32,000 nt of DNA, from assembly GCF_000025505.1 (NCBI RefSeq), contig NC_013849.1, positions 1,170,001 to 1,202,000 on the forward strand. Direction: 5' to 3'. Below, piece after piece: positions 31,523 to 32,000 of the stretch. The position numbers and the translations under genes are program-made. How positions within the stretch are numbered: position 1 is the stretch's first letter; every line of letters starts with the position of its first letter. The stretch is from Ferroglobus placidus DSM 10642. Its GTDB lineage: Archaea > Halobacteriota > Archaeoglobi > Archaeoglobales > Archaeoglobaceae. The notes beneath the pieces are model-generated. The model was not told the DNA's origin and ran no database searches. It worked only from the letters and a program-made list of their open reading frames with translations.

Positions 31523-32000
31523 AATAATAAATAAATGGGAAGAAAATATAAGTTTTCCCATTCACCTGCGGAGTGTTTCTCAATCTCCTCAAGCATTCCC
31601 AAAACGAACACGATGAGGAGGTTTTTAGGAAAATATCCTGCGAGTCATGAAAATGTTCCTCTTTCCGGAAAGTTCAAGAGGACAGTTATTAACGTCCACA
31701 TTAGAAATTTAGAAAAGAGCGCCGAGAGAAAGCTTCTTCACGAGCTCTAATCCTTTCCATTATGACTTAAACTGAAAAGTCTGCCTTCATGTTTTGCGGG
31801 AATAGTTGTCGAAAACTTTTGCGTAAAGCCGCCCGGCTGGTGGTTCTTTTTGTATAAGTTCGTTGAGGGGGAGTCCCCGAGCATCACGGCAAGTTCATCA
31901 AGTTTTTTTCAGTGATGGTTATTCTCTCCGCCTCGTCGATGTCGAGGTAAACTTCAATAACCTCTTTTTCGCTTTAAAAGACTCATCCCACGTACTTCGT

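Noticed and set aside
30912-31750. Plus-strand ORFs 30912-31616 (234 aa), 31111-31293 and 31535-31750, opposite vapBC.
   Set aside because: The minus-strand PIN and AbrB genes are textbook and coupled by ATGA. The 234-aa product is Ser/Leu-rich with no domain. The distal part (31614-31750, 45 aa) has no support of its own.
1-32000. Search for CRISPR arrays, rRNA genes, IS elements, and recoding (in-frame TAG/TGA) in the large unknown protein.
   Set aside because: No regularly spaced direct repeats were seen. No rRNA-like GC-rich blocks were seen. No transposase-like ORFs or terminal inverted repeats were seen. The ORF at 3287-4786 is uninterrupted.

Overview
Compact, almost fully coding chromosomal segment from a (hyper)thermophilic euryarchaeon. 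Gene content and protein signatures look Archaeoglobales-like (Archaeoglobus/Ferroglobus/Geoglobus type), but I cannot confirm the species without a database search. I call 41 protein-coding genes, one tRNA-Asn(GUU), one decayed antitoxin fragment, and several TATA-box promoters placed 20-35 nt from start codons, which fits leaderless transcripts. One gene is cut by the window edge, and one is a 41-aa zinc-ribbon ORF missing from the ORF track. I saw no rRNA, CRISPR array, transposase or integrase. Housekeeping genes include TFB, Gar1, NMD3, Trm5, BirA, SepF, ZPR1, mevalonate kinase plus isopentenyl phosphate kinase, the Nnr repair enzyme, dCMP deaminase, AqpM aquaporin and a CPH-type CopB copper ATPase. 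A heme/cytochrome-c theme is scattered through the window: CcmF, a CcmH-like protein, a second WWD heme-handling protein, and a NirJ/Ahb-type radical SAM enzyme. The candidates most worth a second look are: (1) a translationally coupled hdrC-hdrB-WWD membrane protein-5TM protein operon; (2) a metallophosphoesterase coupled to a minimal radical-SAM/SPASM enzyme, followed by an unlisted four-Cys mini-protein; (3) a CcmH homologue whose CXXC redox motif is replaced by CxCxC...CxC; (4) an uncharacterised 499-aa plus 69-aa Cys-rich pair co-transcribed with the aquaporin; (5) an 89-nt dual-coding overlap between gar1 and tfb built from a purine-rich tandem repeat; (6) a recurring AATTTCGTC element just upstream of several TATA boxes. 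The right end of the window (about 30.3-32.0 kb) and the 23.4-23.9 kb gap look like small accessory or decaying patches: a vapBC module, an orphan antitoxin fragment and mini-ORFs. All family assignments rest on motif recognition by eye and recalled family signatures. None has been verified by search.
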